The notes under the pieces: model-generated | The model's input: the letters and a program-made list of their open reading frames with translations, nothing else | Database searches by the model: none | What the model was told of the DNA's origin: nothing | Origin: Macrostomum lignano | Taxonomy: Eukaryota | Assembly: GCA_002269645.1 (NCBI GenBank) | Contig: NIVC01002301.1 | Coordinates: forward strand, 1 to 64,000 | Direction of reading: 5' to 3' | Length of the DNA stretch: 64,000 nucleotides | Part shown: positions 24,775-41,500 of the stretch, piece after piece | Layout of the letters: every line of letters starts with the position of its first letter | Numbering within the stretch: position 1 is the stretch's first letter | Position numbers and translations under genes: made by a program

Positions 24775-25010
24775 TGATGGGTCAGCCTAGCTCGTAATTG
24801 GCCAGATAAAGTTGATTGGGTCAGCCTAATTGGCCAGATAAAATTGATTGGGTCAGCCTAATTGGCCAGATAAAGTTGATTGGGTCAGCCTAATTGGCCA
24901 GATAAAATTGATTGGGTCAGCCTAATTGGCCAGATAAAAAATTGATTGGGTCAGCCTAATTGGCCAGATAAAGTTGACGGGGTCAGCCTAATTGGTCAGA
25001 TAAAGTTGGC
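24775..25010. repeat. 32-bp minisatellite
   Basis: Unit GATTGGGTCAGCCTAATTGGCCAGATAAAGTT. Confidence 0.9.
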
Positions 25011-25091
25011 ATGAAGTTGTCGGTGCAGAACTAATTAAAAACAGTCGAACGAATGATGCTTATAATGAAGCGAATTGCATTGAGTGACTGA

Positions 25092-27242
<2,151 letters not shown>

Positions 27243-28467
27243 GCCTAGCACGCGGCAATTCATGATTCTATTTATAGACTTGACGTGACAGTTCCGAGAT
27301 CTGCAGTTGGTTGTACATGCGAGGACGAAAAGTTGACCCGTACAAACTGCTGGGACTGTACATTGCTAAAATTGGCCAAATGCACGCTTGTACATTGGCT
27401 AACGCCAAATATTTCGTGGATTTTCCTGGAAAATTTTCACTGAAAAAGTGCACCACTAAGATTCTTAGCGTGGCGTGAGCAGATATGCTATTTATATTCG
27501 GAGACAGTATATTATAGGTAGGCACACAGGTTGAATTGAACTGGTTAGCTTGGAAAATATTTATTCAGACAAACAGACAGCCAGTTCTGAACTGTAATTT
27601 ACAAGACAACTAGAGACAAAAGAGTAGAGATCGACTCTGCAAAGCAAAGTCACTTTTACTGCAACATCAAATGGTACTACTCATTACTACTGAGTCAGCA
27701 CCCTTAGCGTGCGTATTTAATAATGATAATAATAATATTATTAATCCATCTTATCATTTCACTTCCGCTTGCACTCAGGTTAGCGCTTATCCAATTAGCT
27801 TGGTAATAAACTATAGTGCACAGACGCACCTGTGTCATGCATCATTCATAAGTCATGTCTAACTGAAAAGGCATCAACAATCTATCTTCTGCCTGCAAAT
27901 GGCCGACGGGTCATTCGTATTGTCGCTCATTCAGCTAAGAGAGACATCACCATCAGCTCATGAGGACACCGATGCCCATGGGAAAGGTCACTTCATTTCG
28001 ACTGAACAGAAGCAACTTATGAGTATTAAAAAGAAAGATATTCAGTCTGTTGTTCTGTTGGTCAAGTTATGAAAGGCTATTTCATTTTCATTCGTGCACT
28101 ATTTCAACCCCCAAAACACAGAGAGTGTACATGTACATGCCTGGCGATAAATACAGTTAGGACCGCTGTACACTCCTGTGTGAGTGTGTGCCTGTGCGTA
28201 TGACTGCGTACGTATCCGCGCGCTTGTGTGCCTGCTCAGGGGAGTCGGCGGAATGGGCAGAATCACTTCAGCGCTGGTTGTTTAACAATGTCGCAGAAGG
28301 CAACCTTCCTGTTCCTGCTGTGGTTCTGAATCTGGACAGAAGGATTTAAAATGTACTTTTGTAGTAGTATGGCGTATTAGAACAAGTAGTATGAAGACGC
28401 ACACGTCTTTTTGCCACCAGTGAACGGGCTTCTTTTTAGACGTGGGTCTTCATACTACTTGATAAAC

Positions 28468-30790
28468 CTAGTTCCACCAGTGAACGAGCCGAGCCCGGCG
28501 CCGCCGAAGGCGGCGTCGGGCGAGAGCGAGAGAACCCGAGGCCGATACCGATGAAAAAGAACTTTGAGAAGCTCAAGAAAAATTTAAATCTCTACTTCTC
28601 TCCCATTTTCTCTGTCTGTTCTGTTTCTCTCCTCTCTAATCTCTCTCTAGTCTCCCCCTCTCGTCTCCTCTCGCTTCTCTCTCGTCTTATCTCTTATCTC
28701 CTCTTTTCTCTTCTCTCTATTTTCTTTCATTTTCTCTCTCATCTGACCCGCAGCCATGAGCTAGAATCGAATCTTCTATAATAGGCCCTCGAAGGCCTCG
28801 ATCTAAAAAATTGTCTAATGACTAAAGTCTCCAGAGCGTAGCAGGGTTATACCACATTAAGCTGGTTGTTTCGGCGCAAGATGCTCAGCATCAGCTGAAG
28901 TGCTTGGAAAGTCAGGCAGGTTTTGTGGGACATAAACCTCGTACTCTCAATCAGATAGTACACTTAAGATACCGCACGCCTCTTCTCCAACGGAGTTGCA
29001 AAGAAAGCTATAAATAAAGGTCTTTCCAAAACACTGTACATAGCTAGCTACTTCATAAGCCGTATCGCCTGACCTTGTAGTCTGGGGGATGATTGTACAC
29101 GTAGTGACTTGGAGCTTGCCCCCGCCAAACTTTGTACTGGGCTTGCAAATCAAATGTGCAGTTAAAGAGCTAAATTTAATATTAAGTTCTAATCACATGA
29201 CGCCTGTTTATCGATCTAATTTTCCTTGGTCTGTGCGTGCGCGAAGCAAATGAAGCTCTATTGACGCCCCTTCGGCCCAAGCCCTCACGTCGTCACAGCC
29301 CCTCACTTAGAAGGGACGGGAGTGTACATTGTATGTACGATTATTCCTTCCTTTCCTTTCCTTTCTAACCAGCTTAACTCAGTCCAACGCCAAAGCCATG
29401 CAAGCAATCTCATGCAAATGCAAATTATGCAAAGCGGTATGCGGCTTAATCTGATGAATTTTGGTGCAAAAAATGAATTTTTTACCTCAAAAGAACATCG
29501 AATGGTTATGAAACTCAAGAAATCTGTTAAATTAGCTGTATGGAACACTGTGTGTGCATTGGTTCCAGTGCAAAATTCCTACCATTTCCCGGTTATTTAG
29601 CCCCGGAAGTAACAAAAGTATCAAAAATCATGTTTTCAGTTTTTTATCGATAATTTTTTACCTAATGAACCGAATCTCTAGGAATTGCACACAAATGTGC
29701 CTCATTATGTGAGAAATCAGATTTCATAAAAATATTGTCGTCCTATTGCGTTATTTTGCCTGATTTTAAGCTAAATATAAAAAAATCACTACTCTGATCG
29801 ATTTCCAATCACTTTTGACACACGAGCACTTGTTGCAGACACTCAAAAACTTGGTCGATTTTAGCCAGACATTGTTAAAACTCGCTGCAGCATCCGCCTT
29901 TGATCTAGCATTCTTTTAAAATTTTAATCATTTATTTTTCGGGCACCCATCCAGCCAAAAATCACTAATTATCGGTTTCTGATCGATTTTTCAACCCGAA
30001 AGCAGCGAAATCAGACGGCGGTAATTCAAACCAATATAGTACAGCAACTATTCGAAGTCGGATTATTCGCAACATTTTCTCAAAATTATAATGAGCAATA
30101 ATGCGAAAGTCATGTGATTTTTTTTCAAAATCGATCTTTGTCGATTTTCTCAGCACTGCAGAATCGTAGGAAAACAAAACTTCAGACACTTGTAGATTTT
30201 TGCATTGCGCATCTAACTGCACTGCTTTGAAGCCGAAACTCAAAAAGCTTCGTAGGAAAAAGGGGCGAAATAATAAAATGAGGTTCATTATTTTTACCGA
30301 AAAAACCCACCAAAACTGAATAAAGATGTCGAAATAAATTAAAGCGCCATATACCATTTTGTAGGAAATTTAGTTTTACAACGTTGATCTTCAGATGTCG
30401 AAGCCGTATCTCGTAAGGTGTACCAGAATTTTGAGATCTCCCAGAAGCACTTATGAAAAAATCGTCTTTCCAGTTAATTTTTAATTACGGCTGATTTAAA
30501 GAATCTTTGCACTTGAGAGTAAATTCATTCGATAGATCTAAAAGTTTTCTATCGATCGACACCTCACTCAACTCAATCGGTGCAGTGGTTGCAAAACAGG
30601 AGCATTTTTTAGAGAAAAAACGTGAAATTTCAAAATGCATGGGAGTCTAACTTATTTACTTTCGTGCCCATGTCGGCCGATAGAAATTATTCACTCGCCC
30701 TCGGCCCCTGGTGGGGCCTCGGGTTCTCTCGCTCTCGCCCGACGCCGCCTTCGGCGGCGCCGAGCTCGGCTCGTTCACTGGTGGAACTAG
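28468..30790. mobile_element. Non-autonomous DNA transposon with 76-bp GC-rich TIRs
   Basis: CTAGTTCCACCAGTGAACGAGCCGAGCCCGGCGCCGCCGAAGGCGGCGTCGGGCGAGAGCGAGAGAACCCGAGGCC at 28468 is inverted at 30715-30790 with 1 mismatch. No transposase ORF inside. Confidence 0.8.
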
Positions 30791-30999
30791 TCCGATACTT
30801 GCTTTAAATTAGGTTAAAATTACTATCTAAACAGTCGAAACTTCCAGTTAACAATTTAAACACCAAAAATGCTGCATTGGCACATTGTGAATGACTTCAA
30901 GTCATTTGATTGGCTCACAAGGCGAGCGCAGACAGGTGAATACTGATATATAAAGAGGCACTGTAGACCCTTCCTGGTTGAGGCCAGCATTGCGCCGAA

Positions 31000-33900
31000 A
31001 TGGCAGCCGATGGCCTCGCTACCAACCTCAGCACGGTTGGCTACCTGGACTCGCTCACCGATCTGTTCAACAATTGTCGAAGCAACGACACGTCGAGACA
31101 ATCGTTCTGCGTCGGCGCCAGCGTTCTTGGAGCTCTGGCCGCATTCGCCGTGCCGGCCATGCTGATTGTTGGCGTCATTGGCAACGGCTTGACAACCTAT
31201 ATAATGCTTAGCGATCGGTGGCTGCGCCAGTGCAGACAGAATGTCTACCTGGCCTTCATTGCCGTGTCAGACACCACCAACCTGCTGGTGTGGGGCCTCG
31301 GCTGGCAGTTCCTGGCCAAAGGCCTGCCCTGGGTTAGCGGCGGCACTGTCGGATATTTTATTGTTAACGCCTCCGACTTCGCGTGCAGGTGAACAGGGCC
31401 GGGCGGTTTAATGCCGTTTTTTGAAGAGATTTGAAGTTTTCAACTCCTTGTAACAAACAATTGGCGAGTTCTCACGTACTGAACTTCTCAATTGCCAATT
31501 GAGCAGGTATGCGCAATATGTCTAAAGTTGATTCTGAAGTTTTTCATCGTCCCACGCTGTACACTCAATCTACCATTGTCTGCCTCCAAAACCATAGACA
31601 CAATCTACCATTGTCTGCCTCCAAAACCATAGACACAATCTACCATTGTCTGCCTCCAAAACCATAGACACAATCTACCATTGTCTGACTCCAAAACCAT
31701 AGTTATAGTCATAACTTGTGTTTTATTTTATTTCATTTTAGTTGCTAGTTGATTAGAAGGCTTAAATTTGCTTTTAAAAGGCGTTACAATTGTTTTGTTC
31801 CTAACGGATTGTTTGTTGTAAGCCTTATTCAACTAAACGCATTGTATAAAAAATGGAAAACTCCGTCTAAGACACATGCATCATGTTCAAGCACATGTCA
31901 AGCAAAGAATCTCGCCTGTTGACCATAAAATACTCATAAATGGAATTGCTTAGTTTCAAAGGCTCATTGAGGGAATGGCTGCAATGCTGTAACTTCAACA
32001 GGGTTTGGTTTAGGGTTAAACCATGAAAGAATCGCCCTGTTGAAAATAAAATATATGAAATTCTTCCGAGACTTGTTAAGATGTCCAGACCCATAGGGTA
32101 AATTCAAGGACCACTAGAAGTTACCGTTACAACTGTAACTTCTAGTGGTCCTTGTGGGAATTTCTGAGATGCCAAGGCTTAAAATGGGGGAATTTTCTGA
32201 GATGCCAAAGCATCTAATTACTGAAATTACTGAAATTCTGTGGCTATTAGGGGGGGGGGGTTGCCGAGATGTCAAAGTTCTGTGGAATATTGCTGAGATA
32301 TCAACTAAGGCTCACGGGTGGAGTTGCTGAGGTATCAATTAAGGCTCACGGGTGGAGTTGCTGAGGTATCAATTAAGGCTCACGGGTGAAGTTGCTGAGG
32401 TATCAATTAAGGCTCACGGGTGAAGTTGCTGAGATATCAATTAAGGCTCACGGGTGGAGTTGCTGAGGTATCAATTAAGGCTCACGGGTGGAGTTGCTGA
32501 GGTATCAATTAAGGCTCACGGGTGGAGTTGCTGAGGTATCAATTAAAGCTCACGGGTGAAGTTGCTGAGGTATCAACTAAGGCTCACGGGTGAAGTTGCT
32601 GAGGTATCAATTAAAGCTCACGGGTGGAGTTGCTGATGTATCAAGGCTCATAGTTAAAAAACTATGATGTCAAAGCTTATGTGGGAATCGCCTATCTGGG
32701 AAGGGGGGCCGGTTGCTAGTCCACATTAGATTTGCTTTGTAGAACTTGATCTGTACTGCAGTTGACACCCATAAAGCTTTATCCAGAAACGCAGTGAAAA
32801 AGGTGCAAATTCTGTTAAATTCATTTTTACCTATCTAAATTAATCCTAGGTGAAGCTTCATTTTTCAACGAAATACAGATCCGGTAGGGAAACTCAAATA
32901 AAAAATCTACATGTGGCAGTTGCTTTACTTGTTGGGAAATTGCTGAAATGCTGTGGCTCGTGTGGGAGGTGCTGAGATGCTTCGGGTCAATTGGGAGTTG
33001 TTGGTTGGCCAAGCATTTTCTGATGCCTTTTTGCTTTACATACGAGCCTACTTTTCCCCACATTCCAACAATAGCGACTGAACAAGGTCAGAAGCTACAT
33101 GTAGTTTATTCAAACATGTTTTTTTCTTTCTTTGTTGTCTCCCAACGGGGGGGGGCAGATTGCTAGTTATTTCTAGAAATCAGTTGCTAGAAATCAGTTA
33201 TTTCCTTTTCGAATTTTTTAAAATATTAAATTTTCGGTTGTAAAAACTATTTATGATACTCAGCAACATCGAAAAGTCGCATCACAGAAAATTGCGTCTG
33301 TGGTCGCCACTGAGAGTGAGGCGAAGTCTCTCAATCTTGCGAGTGACGCAACTCAGCTACTCCGCGGCCGACTTGAGTTGAGAAATGAAGTGAGGGGAGC
33401 GGTGTGCTAGGGTTGGACGGATTAAAGCTACCCCGATCAGTTTTCTCGTATCCTTTAGTTCAGAATGGTCCAAGAGAAATCGCTCACTGGCGCATAGAGT
33501 GGCGACTCTTTAATGTTGCTGAGCATATTTTATAAACACTATTCGTTAGGAATACCCAAAGAAGACAAAAAGCTGTAAAAATTTAGATTTTCCAAAAAAA
33601 ATAGAAATCTTGTGTAAAAGCGGAGACAGTTGCAAAAAAACATTGAGTTGCCCGTTTTAATAAAATTTCAACTTTCCCCCAAATCCCAAATCCTCCCTGA
33701 TCCTCCTCATCAGGCTGTTCCGCTTCTCGCACAACCTGGCGCACACCCTGTCGGCCAATTGGTTCCTGCTGATGACGCTGGACCGAGTGCTCACCCTGCA
33801 TTATCCGTTCCGCTTTCGCAGCTTCACCAGTCAGTTTGCCGCCAAAGCCCTGGCCGTTGGCTTCCTGCTGTCAGTGCTGATCGTTCTGCCTGTACCAATG

Positions 33901-34500
33901 TTCACCGGCTGGTACGTCCTCGATAACCGCATCGCCTGCCTCGCCGTGCCCTTCTACGGTCAGGCCGTGCGCGTGTGGATGATCGTCTGGAACGCGCTGT
34001 TGATGATCCCTCCGATGCTGCAGCTGCTGGCTACCACACTGCTGAACCTGCTGCTGCTGCGGAAGGTTCTACAGATTATGCGCAACAGGCGCAACCTGAT
34101 GTCCGCGCCAGCCGCTGCCGTCACTGCCGCTTCTGGCACTTCCGCGATTGCCGCAACTGCTGACACAATTGGCCCTTCCGTGGTCGTGATGCTGCTCTCG
34201 CTGGTGTACTTTCTATCCGGCCTGCCGCCTTGCATAGCTCGGTACATCGTGCTGCAGCTCACCGTGTTCTCAGACAGCCCAGATCCCGGCTTTCTAAGAA
34301 CCGCCCTGAACCTGGGCGACGTCGGACAGATTCTGCTGCTGCTCAACCAGTCCGTCAACTGGGCGGTGCTGGTGTGGAAGAATCGCCAGTTCCGCGCTCG
34401 ATTCCTGCACCTGCTGACCTGCGGCCTGCGCACCCCGAAGCCGCTCCCTACAGCGACTTCGGGGATGCACAGCCAGGCTATGAATTTCCCGATGACATAA
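31000..34500 (+). CDS. Class A (rhodopsin-like) orphan GPCR, FMRFamide/peptide-receptor-like
   Basis: Exons 31000-31388 (TM1 GVIGN, TM2 VYLAFIAVSD) and 33714-34500 (TM3 MTLDRV, then TM4-TM7 ending NQSVNWAVL and helix 8 NRQFR). The phase-2 GT-AG junction gives ACR|LFRF. Confidence 0.88.
31565..31705. repeat. 35-bp minisatellite, ~4 copies
   Basis: Unit CAATCTACCATTGTCTGCCTCCAAAACCATAGACA. Confidence 0.9.
32105..32154. mobile_element. 50-bp perfect hairpin, probable minimal MITE derivative
   Basis: 20-bp arms CAAGGACCACTAGAAGTTAC / GTAACTTCTAGTGGTCCTTG. A similar single arm lies at ~5211-5230. Confidence 0.55.
32292..32645. repeat. 34-bp minisatellite
   Basis: Unit GCTGAGGTATCAATTAAGGCTCACGGGTGGAGTT. 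Confidence 0.92.
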
Positions 34501-34550
34501 CACCGGCACTGACAAGCTGACGATTCAGAAGTTTCGGCGGAGCGATGCCT

Positions 34551-36346
<1,796 letters not shown>

Positions 36347-37255
36347 CATAAAATGTGGTAAATCTATAACCGATTAGAAGATATACAACTAGAAATATAA
36401 AAGAAAAGGTGGAAATAAGAAAGTCTCTTCTAGATTTCAGCTTTCGGGTTGATCAAACAAGTCTTTAACAGCGCCGGTATAAAAATCTTTCCACTTCTTT
36501 CCATCGGAACAGATTAAACTAAATGGATTGCTGCGTGTTTTAAGAAAGACATTGAACTCGTTAAGGATCTTCGTCTGTTTAGTTAGATGGATTTCATTCG
36601 AGAGCAATCCCGACTATGCATGCATTTTCGTGATTTGCTAAGCGACCCCGGAGCCTGTTGAGAAAATGAAAATTGTGAAAAGTAGTACATTTATTATTAA
36701 TAGTAACATTAGCTTTACTTTCAAAAAGTTTTGAAAAGCTTGGTGTTGAGTTTTGCAGCTGTAGGGGCAAATAATGAGCTAGAGAAAAAAATGATAATTC
36801 GATTAATTACAATAACACGAATACAACGAAAAAACCTAGCATAAATTATTCTAAAGTTTCTTTGCTCTACTAATAGTAGAAATATAAGGGAAATACGCTA
36901 AGAAAAGAATCAATAAAACATGTCTGATTTAAGTTAATTAGTGATACTATAACTGCTAAAAAACATATTTTATAACTAAAAGCTATATGTGATGAAATAT
37001 TGTTTAGCAAAAAATGCCTCATTTCGGCTAGCAAATTTCGTAGGCCCCAGCAATCCAAGATATTTCTTCATTAAAGACGCACGGGAGGGTGTTAGACTAT
37101 GCTGTTATGCTGCTGTGCTGCTATGCTTTGATGTATCTGCAACAGATCTTCAAATATAAACTAATACACTGAATAATATATAGTAATCATTGTCTCTACC
37201 TAATTTTAAAAAAATACTGAATCAATCTGTAAAACTTGTAGTGGAGATACTTTGA

Positions 37256-37705
37256 CTTGACTCAGCTGCAGGGGGCTCCGGGCATCCGGATGCAGCGAGA
37301 AGGCGTTGCCGCCCATTTCGCTAACCCCTGGCGACCACGGGCAGCTGGTGCTGCGGTGTCGCGCAGGGAGATCCGGTGGTGCCGGTGTCCGCAGCGCGGT
37401 CCCACTCTGGAGAGTCCAGGAGGTGAATTGTCGCTCGCCCGGTAGCTCTTAAGTAGCGGACGAGCTGGCAGAGATTCTCGGGCCTGAACGTCGGAGAGGT
37501 CCGGGTTTGGGCCAAGGTAGGTGAGCCTGTCCTGAGTAAAGGCGAGGCATTCACAGATGAAGTGCTCCGCATTCTCGACACCGGAGAGGCAGAAGGGGCA
37601 TTCCTCACTGCGGATTTTTCCATGGTCACCGCCCTGATGTCCCTACAGATGAGTCCAAGCAGGGCTCGCGGTAGCGGAGATAAGCTACTGATAGTGATAA
37701 TCTCC
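37256..37705 (-). mobile_element. Degenerate LINE 3' fragment (ORF2 C-terminal CCHC knuckle, I/Jockey/R1-like group)
   Basis: The minus strand reads [31 protein letters not shown], then (frameshifted) [13 protein letters not shown], then a GC-rich 3' UTR shared with 11344-11557 and an AAGTC tail. Confidence 0.75.
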
Positions 37706-38526
37706 GCAAGTTTTAAAACTAGGAATAGACAAGGCGAACATTAAGTGTATTACAGATGGACTAATAACTTTTTAGAGCCTAGCGCCTTTGATACATGCAT
37801 ATGTTGGTCATTCTATGCACTGTGTGGTATAGCATAGTACAGCATTGAGTAGGAAATAACTATGCTCGATGAAAAGATAAAAATTCCTATTGCACATCGT
37901 GAGGCAGCTTTTCCTATCGATAAAGGGAAGAAAGGAAGTCAGAGAAAAATCTATTAAAAATTCCCCCAGCAACTGCATCGCCACTGAGCCGGTTGCTACA
38001 GCAAACAATGAGCCAGTAAATCGATTCATCAAAGCCGTTCAATTATTTTGTCATTTTTTCTGCTAAAAGCAACACAGATTCTCGCCTCTAGGAGACAACA
38101 ATCCTTCCAAACGCATTTTGTGTCTACACTAAAATTGAATCGAATCATTTTTGCTAAAAGCTCATCCATCCATCCAGCCATCCGACACAATGGGTCCCGA
38201 TAACAATAGCCCGCTAGATAGCTGAAATCCAGATACAAGATCCCCATTTGTATTCCCCTTCCTTTAGCCCCCATCCCTCCCGTTGCCAATAGCAACCGGT
38301 AAACAATCAAAGCCCCGCTCCAATGTCAGCAGCCAGATTGTCTCGCCCACTCCTCGCCCTACCAAAATCGATAAAGAGTGGCGCAATTCCGAGCCGTCAT
38401 CTTCCTGTGAGGATTTGAGAATAAAGTTGAGACGATTTCGCGTTTTTTCTCGAAAATTATCTTCCCGTCCCGTCCTTAAGCTGATATTTGTCCTAAGTTT
38501 AAGTTTGAAAAGTTGAAGACAAGCAG

Positions 38527-41500
38527 ATGGCTTTGGAGCAGTTGCTGCAGTTTCTGCTGCTGGTGCTGGTAGCCTGCGGGAACTTTGTCGGTTTTGCAGG
38601 TGAGAGCCATTCACTCTAGGCTTTTAATGTGACTGTTCATCACTCCTCTTCTATGCGCGTTTCTTTTGCATTTCCAGACGGCTCCCCGTATCCCTGCAAG
38701 CAGCTGCACACTGCCGGCAGCGCTATGCGCGAATTCCGTGCTAGCCCCGGTGTTGTTGCCATGGCAACCAGCGACCCGACTGACAACTGCCTGCTCGCCT
38801 GCCGGCAGATTGATTACAGGTAGGGTATTGACTAGAGCTTCTCTGGGCTATAGATTAGCAATCCGTTTTATTCCTTCATCCGTGATGGCTATAGATTAGC
38901 AATCCATTCTATTCCTTCATCCGCGATGGCTTTAGATTAGCAATCCATTCTATTCCTTCATCCGTGATGGCTATAGATTAGCAATCCATTCTATTCCTTC
39001 ATCCGCGATGGCTTTAGATTAGCAATCCATTCTATTCCTTCATCAGTAATGGCTATAGATTAGCAATCCGTTTTATTCCTTCATCCGCGATGGCTATAGA
39101 TTAGCAATCCGTTCCAGTTGTTTCTCCATGGACTATAGATTAGCAATCCATTCTGTTCCTTCATCCGTGTTGGCTATAGATTAGCAATCCATTCTATTCC
39201 TTCATCCGTGTTGGTTATAGATTAGCAATCCATTCTATTCCTTCATCCGCGATGGCTATAGATTAGCAATCAACTCCGGCACCTCATCAGCACAGCAGCA
39301 TCAGCTCTCTCTCTCCCCTCCGTCCAGCTTCGCCCTGTGGAACAAACTCACCTGCCAGTGCAGCAACGCCTCCGTCGCTGCCCTGCCCGACGCCGCCGCT
39401 GACTACTGCGTGCCGGGCACCTGCGAGGTCGCTGACTGGTCGGAGACTGCGGCCTGCTTCATCAACTGGACCTTTGTGGGCACCGTGTTCTCGACGCCGG
39501 TCTTCAAGACAGTCGCTATGCGGTTGTCCGGTTGTAAGTGTCCGACTGCGAGGAGCTATGAAGGGGTTGGAAATCCCAACTTAGTTCGGGATTCGAACAC
39601 TGGGTTAGAACGGAAAAGTTAGAAACTAAGACGGGATTCGAATCGATCAAATAAGTACTGAGATGGGATTCGAATAGAGGAGTCTGGAGCTGAGATGAGA
39701 TTCGAATAGAGGAGTCTGGAGCTGAGATGCGATTCGAATAGAAGAGTCGAGAGATGAGATGGGATTCGAATAGAAGAGTCGATAGTTGAGATAAGATTCG
39801 AATAGAATAGTCGGGAGCTGAGATGAGATTCGAATAGAGGAGTCGGGAGATGAGATGGGATTCGAATAGAGGAGTCTGGAGATGAGATGGGATTCGAATA
39901 GGGGATTCGGAAGATGAGATGGGATTCGAATAGAAGAGTCAAGAGATGAGATGGGATTCGAATAGAAGAGTCGGTAGATGAGATGGGATTTGAATAGGGG
40001 AGTCGGGAGATGAGATGGGATTCGAATAGTGGAGTCTGGAGATGAGATGGGATTCGAATAGGGGAGTCGAGAGATGAGATGGGATTCGAATAGTGGAGTC
40101 GGGAGATGAGATGGGATTCGAATAGAGGAGTCAGGAGATGAGATGGGATTCGAATAGGGGAGTTCGGGGCTATAAGATTATAAACTAATTAACTGAATTT
40201 GCTACCAACTGCTGCAGCCCCTGAAGACTCCATCACAGCCGGTGACACGGTGGACATTGAAATCGACATGAACAGTGGCGAGGCCACTTTGCTGGACCAC
40301 TCGGAGTGGGCGGACTCGCAGCTGGCGATGCGGCAGCGAAACCAGGCTGGAACTGAGACCAGCGTGCCTGTCTGGGAAAACTCGCTGGGTCAGTGTTGCC
40401 AAGCTGACAGCTACAAGATAACTACTGTAATGACTTGAAGTACAGCGGTGATCACGTGACCCATGCCCCTCCCGCAGGACAAAAAGCTCTCCTGCACGCA
40501 GAGGTGCAGCAGCCCAAATTTTACGACTCTCCGATGTCGCTGACCGCGGTGCGCCGGGTTCAGCAGCGCGTCAGTGCAGCTGGCAGCATCGAGGTCTCGG
40601 CCGGCGAGTCCACGGACGGCAAAGCCACCTGGGGCACCGAGGTGACCATCACGGCGCCGTTCCAGATGGGCTCAAACATGACGGCTCGAATTGACTTTGC
40701 GAATGGCAGGACGGTGGCCATCGGAGGGCTCAGTGAGTGAAATTTTTATATGTTTAACCTTGGAATAGAAAATACTTGACACGGTATTTTGCAGTTCACA
40801 CCCTACTGGAAGCCTATCCTATTGCTTATTGCTCATGTTTTAAAAAAAAAAACTTTATGGACAAACTTAATTCTGTCTGTGGCCTAACCTTGGCTATGTA
40901 CTCAGCCTGCTACACCTCGAGACGGTCAGTATTGTCAATGGCTAGGACCCAAAGAACCCACAGTGAAATCTTTGTGGAAAATATTATGTACAGTATAAGC
41001 GACATGTTTCGCCTCGCCTCCGGCATCGTCAGGCTCTTAAAGAATTAGAAAACAGGTCGATCAGAGTCAGAAAATGTACAGTTAACTGACAGTCGATTGC
41101 ACAATAAATCCAGTAATTGATTGTCAGTTCATCCACCCAGTATTTCTGCAAATAACCGCCCGCCTCCTGGACCAACCTGCGATGGCAGACGCGGCTCCGG
41201 TGAACTTTCGCCAAGCGGAGAGCCAGCAGTCCTACACAGCGGACACGCGGCCAGCCGGTCTGGTTCTACTCAACTATGACGTCAGCGTGCCGTGTACCGT
41301 CACTGGAGTGGCCTTCCATGCTAATGTGTCGGCTGGTGGCAGCTTCGATGTTCAAGTGAGCACTCGTAGCATTGCGTTCACGCCCTGTGCCGCAATAGCT
41401 AAATTAGACTGATCTAAGTATGATTTTGATTTTCCATACATCGCTTACTCAATTGCGATTTGTCGAACAGCTAAAGCCAACATTTGCTTTGAAATACAGT

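Noticed and set aside
29965-30357. Transposase inside the TIR element
   Set aside because: AT-rich ORF without a DDE motif or an ATG-led conserved region.
37321-37629. 102-aa ORF as a host gene
   Set aside because: It is mostly an alternative frame of a decayed LINE ORF2 end.
37808-38614. Head-to-head gene upstream of the PKD1-like gene
   Set aside because: Short ORFs with no consistent splice chain or domain.
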